NCBI GenBank assembly: GCA_965287045.1
Contig: OZ336883.1
Span: 41,416,001-41,480,000 of the forward strand
Direction of reading: 5' to 3'
Length of the DNA stretch: 64,000 nt
Origin: Carcharhinus amblyrhynchos
Lineage: Eukaryota
In this document: in pieces, positions 52,300 to 64,000 of the stretch
Layout of the letters: each line of letters opens with the position of its first letter
Position numbering within the stretch: position 1 is the first letter of the stretch
Translations under genes and position numbers: made by a program
Notes under the pieces: model-generated
Database searches by the model: none
What the model was told of the DNA's origin: nothing
What the model saw: only the letters and a program-made list of their open reading frames with translations

Positions 52300-55200
52300 T
52301 TCGTTGGATATGCATGTCACTGACCAGGGCAGCCTTTTTTGCCCACCAATAATGCCACTCAAGGTGGTGTTCATCTTCATGGACCACAACAGTTCGTATC
52401 CTGAGGAGTGCTGTTAGGTAGAGAGTATTAGGATTTTGACCTAGTGACGTTCAAGGGACATCCTATAAATTTCCAAGTAAGAACGTGTGACTTGAACAGG
52501 AGCTTACAGTTGATCATGGTCTCTTGCATCTGCTGTCCTTGTCTTCTCACGTGGTAGATGTATCAACAGTGACGTAATTGGCCATGTCAGGACGATGCTT
52601 CCATGCAGAGGTAGACTTGCACTTTTGGGAGCCCCGTGCTCTGCCTCCATGCCAGAAACCCTGTGACATCATGCTCTGCTTCCCAGTAACATGACTTCTT
52701 TACCCTCCTCAGCCCTGGCCATGGGGTCGTGTGGCCCCCTGCTGCAGCTGGTCCCCTTGATGATCTCAGCTTGTCAGTGTGCTGGTGGCTCACCGGCTAC
52801 TGCTGGCTATCTAGCTTTGGCCTCTGCTCTCACCCATGCCAGTCTCGTTACAGTCCAGCCACCCCACTCTCAGATATGGCTTCTGCTTGAATTGCCCCAC
52901 TGCTTCCTGAAAACCACGCTGGTGCCTATTGGCCTCACACCTCCCAGTCCCAACAGCTCACCTCTTGATTGGATGGCTGAGCCTCTAGTCTCGATGACTG
53001 TGTGGACTTCTGACTGGCTGCAGTATCTGCCTAGCCCAGGCTGCTGCTGGCTATCTGGCCTAGCCTCTGCACTTTTTGTTTCCTCTTCCTTCCCCCAATG
53101 AGTTGCCCTGCTGCTACCCTTGATGGCCATTGGCCAGCACCACCGCCTCAACCCTCACTCTTGGCCTTGCAGGTCTGCACTCTGATGTAAGGTCAGCAAC
53201 CTCACTCTAGCCTCAGGCTGCTTGCCTGACTGTGGTCATAAGGCTGCTGCTTTACTAATGGAAAAAAGTTCTGAAACTTCAGACCAGACAATCAACAAAT
53301 CCATCTGAACTGCTCTCAAGTTACCATCAACTCTCAACTAGGACAGTGTTTTCCTGCGCTAAGTGAACTCCTCCAATCAGATCCATGTTGTTCTCCATTG
53401 CTTGCTGATGAGTGTATCAGCAAATTAAGAACTACAAGGCTCTGATCCTGCCACTGCCACCTCTCAGTTTGGGGCCACCCCATTGGTCAGGGCCCTGTGT
53501 TGATGTGCTGTGTGTTTCATTGCAAGTCCGCCTCTGCTAAAGTTGGATCTCCTACTTTAGGCCCCTGGTTGTGGGACTCAGTCCACAAATTAAGATCCAG
53601 CTTTGCCTTTCCAACCTTAAGATGACGGGTAGGTCATTGACGATGCAACTGAAGATAGGTGTGCCTAGGGTGCTTCCTGAGGAACTCTGCTGAGATGTTG
53701 TGGGTTTGAGATGATTGGTCTCCAACAACCACCACAATCATCTTCCTTTGTGCTAAGTATGATTCCAGCTAGTGAAGAGTTTTCCTCTGATTCCCATTGA
53801 CTTAAATTTTACCACAAATTATTGATGCTATACTGGGTCAAAGACTATCTTAACACATTTGGACTTCAGCTTTTTTGTCCATGTTTGGACCAAGGCTGTA
53901 ATGAGGTCTGGGGCTAAATGGTCTTGGTGGAATGCAAACTGAGCATCAAGGTGTAGGTTATTGGTAAGTGCTGCTTGTTAGCACTACCCATGACACTTTC
54001 CATTATTTTGCTAATTGAGTCGACTGATCAGATTGTAAATGGCTTGATTTGATTTGCCCCTTTTCTGGACAGAATATTTCCTAGTTAATTACCCATCTTG
54101 TTGCTAGATACCAATATTGTCACTGTCCTGGAACAATTTGGCTAACCAAGTGACTAGTTGTGGAGTGCTAGTCTTGAGCGCTGCAGCCAGAATGCTGCTG
54201 GCGCCTGTAGCCTTTGGTGCATTCAGTGCTGTCGGACGTTTCTTGATGTTGAGTGAATCAAATTGGCTGAAGACTGACATCTGTGATGTTGAGGACTTTG
54301 CTCAAATGGCATCCATTCATTTCATCTGCTCAGCACTTCTGTCTGAATACAACAAAATGTTTCAGCCTTTTTTTAACTGAATTGCTGTGCCCACCAACAG
54401 TAAAGATAGGGATGTTTGTAGAGCCTTCTTTTCTTAGTTGTTTAATTGTCCACCACACAACACACCTGATCCATTAATTATGGGATTGCTTAGGTTTGAC
54501 TATAATATGCCCCTGTTGTTTAGCATGCATGTTGTACTGTATTGTAACTTCAACAGGTTGTCAATTTTTAGGTATGCCTGAAGCTGTTCTGCTGCTTTAT
54601 AATTCATAACTTAATGGCAGTGGTAGAGTGTGGGATATTCAAGGCCATGAGGTTCAGATTATGGTGGAGTATAATTCTGCTGAATACTTGCAGCCTTTTA
54701 TCTGTGACCAAGTCCATTATGGAACGAGTAGATTAGTAAAAATGTTTTTTTGTTATTTTTCTAATATCTACCACCTAGTTTGGAAACTGTCGTTCAGGAC
54801 TTGGTAAGTAGTTATGATGCCGAACCAGTTGGAGAGTTCAATGTCCATTATTTAGAGTACGTTCTATGCTAATGCCACGCGGTGCTTCTTCCAAGTGATG
54901 TTCAATGTCGAGGAGCACTGACTCATCAGCTATTGCAGGGCGGTGGACAGTAACAAGCAGAAAATTTCTTGCCCATGTTTAATCAGATGTCTGGAGTCAT
55001 TGTTAAGGACTCCCAACGCCACTCCCTTCAACTGTATACCACTCTACCACATTTATGGCAGATCAATCCTGCTATTGGGCCAAGTTGTGTCAGGAACCAT
55101 GAAGGTGGGGTCTGAGACTTCGATGAAAGGTAGGTTAGGCTGTTACTTGAATAGTCTGTGGGACAGCTCAAGTACAACTTATTGAGGAGTATTTTGCAGG

Positions 55201-55300
55201 GTTGTCTTGGATGCATGTATCTTTGGCATGCCTGGTGCCTCAGTTGATGAAGGCTTTATTATTGTATTTTATGTAGTTTAATATAATTTGTGTGGCTTTT
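52300..55300 (-). mobile_element. Degenerate L2-type LINE, interrupted at ~52590-53560 by an unrelated GC-richer insert
   Basis: The minus strand of ~53618-53688 reads VPQGSTLGTPIFSCIVNDLP (RT motif). Reverse tail-like sequence at ~52300-52460. Confidence 0.7.
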
Positions 55301-55324
55301 TAAGTTGATGCAAAGAGTAGTTAG

Positions 55325-56342
55325 AGTCTGAATCACATAAAGGGCAGTCCAATTATGAAAGGTAGATTTCAATTACTTAAGAACGTGATTGAATAAGATG
55401 GATTTTTACAGCAATCTGATAGTTTCATGGTCACCATTATTGATATTAACTTTTCATTCTAGATTATTTTATTTAATTAACTGAATTTAAATTCCCCAGT
55501 TTCCTCAATAGAATCTGAATTAACCCTGAATCCAGACCTCTGCATTAGTAGTCTTAAGAACATAAGAACATAAGAAATAGGAGCAGGAGTAGGCCATCTA
55601 GCCCTTCGAGCCTGCCCCGCCATTCAATAAGATCATGGTTGATCTGTCGTGTCTCAGTTCCACATTCCCGCCCTCTCCCCACAACCCTTAACCCCCTCGC
55701 TTATCAAAAACTCATCAACCTGCGTCTTAAAAATATTTAGCGAGGCAGCCTCCGCCACCTCAATGGGCAGAGAATTCCAGAGATTCACCACCCTTTGCGT
55801 GAAGAAGTTCCTCCTCAACTCCGTTCTAAACTGCCCCCCCCGCTTTATCTTGAGGCTGTGCCCCCTAGTCCTACTGTCCTTTCTGAGCGGGAGGAGTCTC
55901 TCCACCTCTATCCTATCCATCCCATTCATCATTTTATACGTCTCAATGAGATCTCCCTTCATTCTTCTAAACTCTAACGAGTACAAGCCTAGTTTATTCA
56001 GCCTCTCCTCATAGCTCAACCCCCTCAACTCCGGCATGAGCCTAGTAAACCTCCTCTGCACTCCCTCCAAGGCCAAAATATCCTTGCGTAAGTACGGCGA
56101 TCAAAACTGCACACAGTACTCCAGCTGCGGCCTCACCAATGCCCTATACAGCCGCAGCAAGACCTCCCTACTTTTACATTCAATCCCCCTCGCTATGAAG
56201 GCCAGCATCCCATTAGCCTTCCTGACCACCTGCTGCACCTGCAGGCTGGGTTTTTGCGACTCATGCACAAGGACCCCGAGGTCCCTCTGCACTGTCGCCT
56301 GCTGCAGTAGTCAAGTAACATAACCACTATGCTACCATATCC
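55325..56342 (-). mobile_element. tRNA-derived SINE (family of 57171-57488) split by a young CR1
   Basis: Removing 55554-56312 rejoins a minus-strand head ATGGTAGCATAGTGGTTATGTTACTTGACTACTAATGCAGAG to the body (AATTTAAATTCA, TGTAAAAATCCATCT). Confidence 0.65.
55554..56305 (-). mobile_element. Young 5'-truncated CR1 LINE
   Basis: Near-intact C-terminal ORF2 from 56292 to 55654 with one in-frame TGA at 56101-56103. (TAAGAACA)n tail and 7-bp TSD AGTAGTC (55547-55553, 56306-56312). Confidence 0.92.
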
Positions 56343-57170
56343 TTACTTTATATATTGTACTATTACAATAGTAATTCTTTAAGTATCAAAATAGAACATG
56401 CACTGTGTATGAAATTATATTAGTAAATACATATTACCAGTTGTAAGGAGAACTAAATACTTTCACAAGGCTGTAAGGGAAACATCTGCATGCAACTGCA
56501 GTCAAGTAAATTCTCCTAAATTACAGTTCACTCATTGGTTTAGGATCTGGAGATATCCTTTATTATCTACTTTCTGACAGAATTTCATGCATCTTCTTTT
56601 AAGAGTAACGGTAATGTCCCAAGTAATTTAAACATATATTTTCAAAGCTGACCTAAATGCAAGTACTTGGATCCAGATGGATAGATGAGCAGGAATGTAC
56701 AATACAAGCCTGTTTTCAAGCCCTCTATTTGGCCCCAAGGTGGACAAAAACAGATTCTTGGACATTAATTTGGGTCATTGAATACTGCCAGGACAGCATT
56801 CTTGTTTATTTTGTGAGTCAACTTTACAGAGGAATGACAACTCAGACTAGGACATGGCCAAGTAGTGGCGTTTTTTTTTCAGAATGGAAATATTTGTGCA
56901 ATTTGGAACAGAGGATGTAACCATATCAAGTTTCTCAAGGGTATTTCATCCACTTTGTCTGCATTGTCTTTTCAAATGGAGAGAACCTATTCGTTTTTTT
57001 TCTATCAAAAGTCTTTCAATAATGTTACAGTCTTGGAAAATAGGTTTTCATTTTGTGGTTTGGGAATTTTGTTGGTTAATTGGAAATGCAAAAGAAGGCT
57101 AAAATCTGCGGAACGTAAGTTAGAATAAATGCTTGCCTGTTACATTGCCTTTGTAGACTATTGCCTACTA

Positions 57171-57488
57171 GGGAAGGTGATGGCTCAGTGGTATTGTCGC
57201 TGGATTGGTAATCCAGAGACCCAGGTTCAAATCCCACCACTGCAGGTAGTGAAATTTGAATTCAATAAAAATTTGGAATTAAAAATCTAACCATTCAATT
57301 GTCATAAAATGCCATCTGGTTCGCTAATTAATGAAAGCAATCGACCATCCATCCTTACCTGGTCTGGCCCGCATGTGATTCCAGATCCACAGCAATGCGA
57401 TTGACTCTAAACTTGCCTCCTCATGGACAAATTGGGGATGGGCAATAAATTATAGCCCAGCCACATCCCATGAACGAACAAAAAAAAA
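57171..57488 (+). mobile_element. tRNA-derived SINE with L2-type tail
   Basis: A box TGGCTCAGTGG, B box GGTTCAAATCC and tail GGGATGGGCAATAAA...CACATCCCATGAACGAAC-A(n). Confidence 0.8.
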
Positions 57489-57589
57489 CTCAACATCGTA
57501 CCACGTATACAATATCACGTACTAGTTGGTATTTCCTTTTCAGCATTAATGTGAGCAAATCAATGTACAATATAGGGGCACTCATTTGT

Positions 57590-57940
57590 ATATAATTGGT
57601 AGGAGCATTTCAGAGAAGGTTCATTCCACTGATTCCCAGGATGAAAAGGTTATTTCATGAGGAAAGATTCAACAGGTTGGGCCTGCCAGAGATAGAGATT
57701 TTTTTCTCTAAAAGCTGTTAGCCATTATCCTCTTCCTTGGGTTAGTGGAGGCAGGGCCATCAGATATTTTTTAAGGCTGAGTTAGATAAACTCTTGATTG
57801 ACAGTAGATTTAAAAGGGTATTGGGGGTAGACAGGAAAGAAGAGTTGAGTCCATAATCAGATCTGCCATGATCTTATCAAATGGTGGAGCAGTCTTGAGA
57901 GGTTGAATGGTCGCTCCTACTCCTACTTATGTATGTTCAT
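57590..57940 (+). mobile_element. CR1 3' fragment, internally deleted
   Basis: QRRFIPLIPRMKRLFHEERFNRLGL-like start, then the CR1 tail (ATGGTGGAGCAGTCTTGAGAGGTTGAATGG...CTCCTACT). Confidence 0.7.
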
Positions 57941-59011
57941 GTTGCAATCCGCCCTCACCGTACATTACATTTTGTAGCTATAATTCCTTCAGAATTTGAG
58001 CATCTGTGAAGTAACAGAATGTTATCTCCAAATTCAATGCAAAATTAGCATTTTTCTTGTACTCCTAAGTGAATGACCTCTTGTACATAACATCACAAAC
58101 TATGAAATTCTGTATTAGTCATTAAAGTTATAAAAAAATGACTGGTGTAATGCACTGTTTTGTCGTTTTAGTTAACTGAAGCAGAAAAACTGCCGCATTG
58201 TCTTTAAAACATTCATGATTTAGAGATTGTGATTCTCTTTTAGTGAAAACTGAAGGGAAATGGTGGCCTGCCCATAAACTCAGCAATTAAGTGTGGAGTG
58301 CCAGTAATTATGCAAAGGAAATCTGCACTAGAGGTTAATCATTTATCTTTAACATTCTTTGGTGTAATGTTTGCACAGGATGTCAACTTGTGTTTTTTGT
58401 ACCAGGTCCATAGGACACCACTTCATAAAATTAGTGTACAGTCAACGTTGAGGTCATCTGAAAATTTCTGTAATGTTTCAAAGCAGGCTCTGTTGAAAAG
58501 CAGGCTCTTCCTGAGAACAAAATAAGCAGAGTCAGAATAAGCACTGCCTGCATTCCTTAAGTTAAAAATTTAAACTTGTCTCTTTCAGCTATTAGGTTAA
58601 CTATTTTAATTGAATTTGGACACAAACGTAAGATAACTATTTTGAAACTTTATATTGCCAGTATTAATCTTTCAAAAATCTGTTCTTATTAATATTCCCT
58701 TTGCTGAAAGTAATGTCTCGCTGAAGTATAGGTAGATGGTAGCAAGGTGTCCATCAATGCTGGCACAAAAATGACTTATTTTCATATTTATTTTGAAACC
58801 CAAGAACTGAGGAGAGAGCCTTTTGAACTAGTATCGCAGCTGAGCTCAGTTCTTCACATGTCCAGTAGGGGTCATTGAATAGCAATTAAGATGTGGAACC
58901 CTGTCTAATTTTACCCTTCCACTTGAGGTGTGTTGAGGTCATTTACATCACTACTATTTCCTTCAGAGCTAAGATCGATTGAGATCAGACTGGGAACTCT
59001 CCCTGTCTTAA

Positions 59012-59152
59012 GAGCAAAATGTCTGCTGATTGAGGAAATTGAAATAAAAGCAGAAAATTCTGGAAGAGTCATGGACCTGAAGCATTCATTCAATTTCTCT
59101 CTCCACAGATGCTGCCAGATCTGCTGAGTAATTTCAGCATTTTCTGTTTTTA
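59012..59152. mobile_element. Penelope-like palindromic repeat, apparently inserted in an older SINE-like fragment (~58820-59180)
   Basis: AAAGCAGAAAATTCTGGAA...GTCATGGACCTGAAGC...CTCTCCACAGATGCTGCCAGATCTGCTGAGT...CAGCATTTTCTGTTTT. Confidence 0.6.
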
Positions 59153-59294
59153 GCTCTTCTAGTCTGTATGGCTCGTGCACTGGAATAACTTGTTGCACCA
59201 TTGGGCTAGCACAAAATACTTTAGCACAATGATGAAGAACAGCAGTTCCCTTTGATAATCCTGCCAATGGAGCAAAGAATTATACAGATAATTA

Positions 59295-60100
59295 TTAAAC
59301 GTGTATTTTTATAGCACCTATTTTGTCAAAAATCATCCCAATGCACTTCCCAACGTGGCAAAATGTCTTGATGTTTCACAGGAGCATTATTGAACAAAAT
59401 TTGACAGAGTTACTAATGAAGATGTGAGGACAGATAGCCCAAAAGCTTAATTAAAAGAGATTGGTTTTAAGTAATGCCTTAAAGAAGGAGACAGAGATGG
59501 TGAATTTTTGGGTGGGAATTACCAGTCTTGGGGCCCAGCCAGCAGAAAGGATGGCTGCTAATGGTGGAGGGATTAAAATTGGGGATGCATGAGAGAGCAG
59601 ATTTGGAAGAGTGCAGAGTTCTTAGAGGTTACTGTGGTAGGAGGGGGTCAGAGTCTATGGCAAAATTAGAAGGTGCTTGTCAAAATTTTAACATCAACCC
59701 ATTGTCATAACACAACACAAGCCAGCAAGTAGAGGGGATATGTGAACAGAACTTAGTTTGAATTAGGACATGAGCAGCAGAGTCTTGGACGGTCTGAAGT
59801 TTATGAAGGGTGGAAGATAGAAAAGGCCAACCAAGAAATAATAGGAAGTGTAATTAACCAAAATTGATACCAAGCCAAGAAAGCAATCTCAGGGGAGAGG
59901 GGAGAGGCGAAAGACTTTGTTAAAGTTGAAGTTTTGACTTAAAAAGAAGGAATTTAGGGAGGAAATTCAGGAGTTTTGCTCTTGACAGCTTAAGGGCTCT
60001 ACAATACTGCAAGTGTGGGAGTCTCATGAGGTTTGAGTTGGGCGAAAGAGGTAGTTATAGAGCAATGGAGAGACCATTGGAGGGATTTGAACAGCAGTGA
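59295..60100 (-). mobile_element. Degenerate L2-like LINE 3' fragments
   Basis: Reverse-oriented tail (TTTATAGCACC...CATCCCAATGCACTTC) followed by purine-rich LINE-like sequence similar to ~9720-9950. Confidence 0.5.
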
Positions 60101-61388
60101 TGGGTGAACCGGATTTGGATGTGCTCAGTTTTAAAACCCGGGGTGGGGGAGGGGACATGTAGAACGGCGTGTCACAGACAGAATTTAGTGTTGCTTTTTA
60201 TTGTCAGTGATCCGTATGTTTGTGCATGAAAGTTGTGTTTTTTCCTCATGATTGTCCCAATTTAAATATCCCTGTAGTAAGTCTTTGTGAGTTTTAAAAA
60301 TAAGGTTATTTTATTAGCGCACACTTGCCCTGGATGTTTAAAATGTGACACCTCGGACACAAAGATTAGATGCAAATGAAGGCAGAACAATGGAATTACA
60401 TTTTATGATTGTCTCAGGCTCTTTTGTGGCATGGCCTGTGGCTACTTAGATGAGTTGATGCAAAGGTCTTGTGAAACAGAATTTTCTCAGTAAGCTAATT
60501 TCTAGGAGGTTGGTTCTCAGGCTGGGGCGGGGAGGGTGTCCTCTCACTTTCAAGCTAATTACTGTTTACTACCTTGGTTCCTGAGATGACTAGCAGCTGA
60601 TATTATTGCTTTCTGATGGAATTCTTTCTGCCGAACAGCTTCTTAATATTACTTTAAAATCAAAGTGGCTTTCTCACCTTCGAACCTCTTCCCAAAAAGG
60701 GATGATATGTTGATTACACGTCCTGTGTTGTTGTTTGAAATTCATCCAGTCCACTTTGGATGAGGGACTGCCATAAATACAATGGAAGGTCTCTGGGATC
60801 CATTCATGTTTGTCTAGCATACATTGAATTTCAATGTTTCATTTCTGGAGGCCACATTGAAACATCAGAAAGATGGACTGGCTGGTATATTTGAGTTCTT
60901 TTGTTGATATACATCCCATTGTTTAAGGATGGTCTGAATTCTCCTGATGGCTGTGGATGTTCATGTATTTGTTTGAGATTCAACTGCCTTTAAACTGTCA
61001 AAAGTCACATAATTTGCTGTGGCCATTTTAGTAATCCATGTTCAAAATTTTAATGTATCACCTGAAAGTTTATATATGCTGGAATATAACATGCCTCCAC
61101 TGGCCAGGGAAGAAATAGAATCATTTTTTTTGGCTTGGCTTCCTTGCGAAGAAAAATTACGCATTGACTTCTTCATATAGCAAGACATTCATGCACAATA
61201 ATTTCATACATCTACAGTTGCTCTCTCCCTCATCCCCTGCTCTTAATGTCCCTAGTTACGTGTTATCTGGTGAATGTTCATTCAAATCAGTACACAAGGT
61301 TTTGGGAATATAACTCGCAGACATTTGTTTCTCAATGCAGTTTACAGCTGGGGAAGTTCAAACTTCATGCTGGCTCAGAGGGAGGAGT

Positions 61389-61454
61389 ACAGTAAGAAGT
61401 CTCTCAACCCCGTTCTTACTGTGCTTATCCCAGTCCAACGCTAGCATCTCCACA
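61389..61454. mobile_element. Minimal Penelope-like insertion (family of 3932-4057)
   Basis: ACAGTAAGAA...TTCTTACTGT inverted repeat plus CCCAGTCCAACGCTAGCATCTCCACATC, the reverse complement of the 3932 start. 14-bp flanking direct repeat TCAGAGGGAGGAGT (61375-61388, 61455-61468). Confidence 0.75.
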
Positions 61455-63529
61455 TCAGAGGGAGGAGTCAGGCTTTTATAAGATTGGATTCTGTTTTGAA
61501 GCTTCTGGTATGTAAATTACAGAGTTTGTTGTGTTGCCTGTAAGGCTCAATCCTTTCATGGATATTTCCACATTCCAACAGTTTGATAATTTGTGTTTTG
61601 GCTCATTGATTCTAATTTCTATGGTGATAGTGTGTGTATTATTTTTAAACCTATTTGAAGTGACTGAGTTCTACCCTGTCACTTATCATCAATTGCCCTG
61701 GAAATTGAACTGTTATGTTCAAATAGATTTAAGTTTTGAGCTTGATCCTGTTATGGTTTTATGGTTAATTGTGTGTTAGCTGCCCCATCTTTCCCTTGTG
61801 GCTTTGGCGACTGTGATTCACCTTAAGAGATACTGACTTCCCCTTTTCTGTGAATTGGGAATGGATTGGTCCCCAATCTGCCTCATGTCCTTTAGGACAA
61901 TACTGCCCAAAGGGAGCTGGCTAGCTTCTATGACTCTTAGATGGAGTGAGGTGTCTTCTTCACCTGTGTCTGCCGATCTGGGGACTTCCTATATTTCTAT
62001 TTATGAAATACATTGCTAACTAGACCTCTGGTTTAGCCCCTTCATTCTTTTTATCTTTTATGGGCCTTACCTTGGCCTCATTAAATTCTATTGGCCTACC
62101 TTTGACCTCTTTAGTATTGATGGGTTCCATGTTGACCTTTTCTACCTCAGTAGGTCCTTTGGCCTCCAGAGGGACTCCTATGGCTTCTCTCCTATTTCCC
62201 TAATCTTTACTGGCTCTGTTGTCCCCTGCAGGAGGTTATGGATTTCTTCAGGGATTTGTCTAACCCCATTCCATTTTGAGCCTGGGCTTAGTTCTTTCAA
62301 GGCTATGGATGTGATTCTGACCCTACCTCCCCCTGTTGATTTCTTGGTGAATCAATGGTTTCCTTTTCTGTGCCCAGGCTTGCCACAGGAATCAGACATT
62401 GTGTGTTTACTTTCCAAGCTCGTTCTTTCTGAAATTGGGGATTTATCTATTGTTTTAGATTCACGCAATCAAGTTTGGATGAGGGACTAACATAATATAA
62501 TAGAAGGTCAATGAGATTCATTCACATTTATTGCGCGCACATTGAGTTTCAATACTTTGTGCATAGTAAAACAGAAAGATGGGCTGGCCGGAATGCTATA
62601 GTTATTTATTCTTAAACAAAGAGATGAGTGAATTCCCCAAATGGCAGCGAGTGATCCAGGTTTTAAGTATTTGCTTGAGATTCTGGAGCTCAGAATGTCA
62701 AAGATCACAAGATTAACAGTAGTATTTTAATAGTCTGTTTGCATTCAGAAATCTTTCAAGTCTTCATTGAAATTTTGATGTACTGGACCATGACAGTATT
62801 TGAAACTTAGAAGAAACAAGAGTGAAAACTCCTGAGCAACACTGACCACAGTTGCAATCAAAAGACCAGAAAGATTGTGATCAGAAAGGAAGGTTGTTAA
62901 AGGATTAGATGTATGAGGAGGATTTCATATCAGATGAAAATCTTTTCCTTGTGCACTGTGCAGGAGGAAAAAAGTGGTTGGACTAGAATCTCCATATTAT
63001 TGAATCAGTAATCAAATCTTGTAATATACTGGCACTTCAGAAAGAATTTTAAATTAGTTGTGAGTAAAGCAAGTATTTGGCACCAAATAAGCAGCTTAAC
63101 ATCTTGGTGATAACTTTAACAATTGAAGACACATGGATGGTCCACATGTGAAGTGAAACTCTAAGGGGGCAATAATTTGCAGCTGTTAGCCCCAGCTAGG
63201 AATCCTGATGGCGAAAGGACCAAACTTAGATTCTCACTGGGTGCCCAACCCATTGCAAGTCTCCCGGCCTCCTGTGCTTGCCCCCGTCAGGTTCTTGCTC
63301 AGAGCCGGCTGAGACTGCTAATTTTGATGTATTTAAATGTAAGTACTGGGCTTGAAACTGGATGCTGCTGCCTCTTGGATACCTGGAATCCTTAAAAAAT
63401 CACAGCAGCACTTCATTCTACAGTAGGGATTGCCCTTGGTTGCTTTCGGAAGCCGTGGGCATTGCCATACCTGTTTGAAGTACTTTGATTAACTGGAGAT
63501 ATCAGTTTCGCTAGGCAGATCACCTTGCT

Positions 63530-63950
63530 TTCTCTCATAAGCCCCAGCTGCTCTGAAAGCTCTTTGAAGCACTCTGACAGGACCATTGAATTTCACTAGG
63601 GAGAATCCTCCTTTCTAGCTTGACTGAGCCCCAGCTGCTTTCAAGACTCTTAGAACTGTTTTGATTGACAGTTTCAGAGTAGATCAAAGAGGGGATTAGC
63701 TGAGGTTTGTTTACACAAGGAATTGTTGACCCACCAGTTGCTTTCTCACAGCTCCAGGGCAAATCAAACAGTTCATTGTTGATACAATCAGTTCATGTTC
63801 AATTAAACATGAAGTGCTTCCTCTTTTGAGCTGTTGCTGGTTCTAATTGCAGTTTTTTAAAAATAGACTTTCTCTTTGATCAGAGCTGCCTACTCGTGAG
63901 CAGCTGCTGGTTCTAACCACAGCTTTTAAAAATGGGCTTTCTCTTTCTCG
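63530..63950. repeat. Short diverged direct repeats, possibly part of an LTR
   Basis: GCCCCAGCTGCT occurs twice (~63541, ~63628). A ~47-bp duplicate GAGC.G.TGCTGGTTCTAA...CAG.TTTTAAAAAT.G.CTTTCTCTTT occurs at ~63828 and ~63898. Confidence 0.45.
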
Positions 63951-64000
63951 GAAGATCTCTTTCTCAGATCTTTCTAGAAAGACCAGGTGCACAGTCTGAC

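Noticed and set aside
61780-62490. Possible LTR-element internal (gag-like) remnant; similar suspicion for ~8200-9500
   Set aside because: Composition is suggestive, but I found no diagnostic motif or termini.

Overview
Vertebrate genomic DNA, almost certainly from a shark: it carries elasmobranch-type tRNA-derived SINEs, CR1/L2 LINEs and Penelope-like palindromic repeats (taxon inferred from repeat content only). The only convincing protein-coding gene is an intronless IRF2BPL (EAP1) ortholog at 29086-31068 (+). It has a CpG-island promoter and an AU-rich 3' UTR, and sits in a ~18 kb repeat-poor domain (~25.1-43 kb). Both flanks are mosaics of nested, mostly decayed mobile elements: CR1, L2, SINEs, a Gypsy-like remnant, a solo LTR, TIR elements and Penelope-like palindromes. 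The most notable observations are: (1) two different GC-rich minisatellites (24-mer and 26-mer) that end in the same flanking motif and appear to be seeded by one TIR-element family; (2) an exact 34-bp-period triplet of TGCGCACTGGC in the IRF2BPL promoter; (3) an LF-SINE-like element in a shark; (4) hammerhead-like cores in the Penelope-like repeats; (5) a cluster of GCACTT miRNA seed matches spanning alternative poly(A) signals. Repeat-family names come from recalled consensus motifs, not database searches, and most repeat boundaries are approximate.
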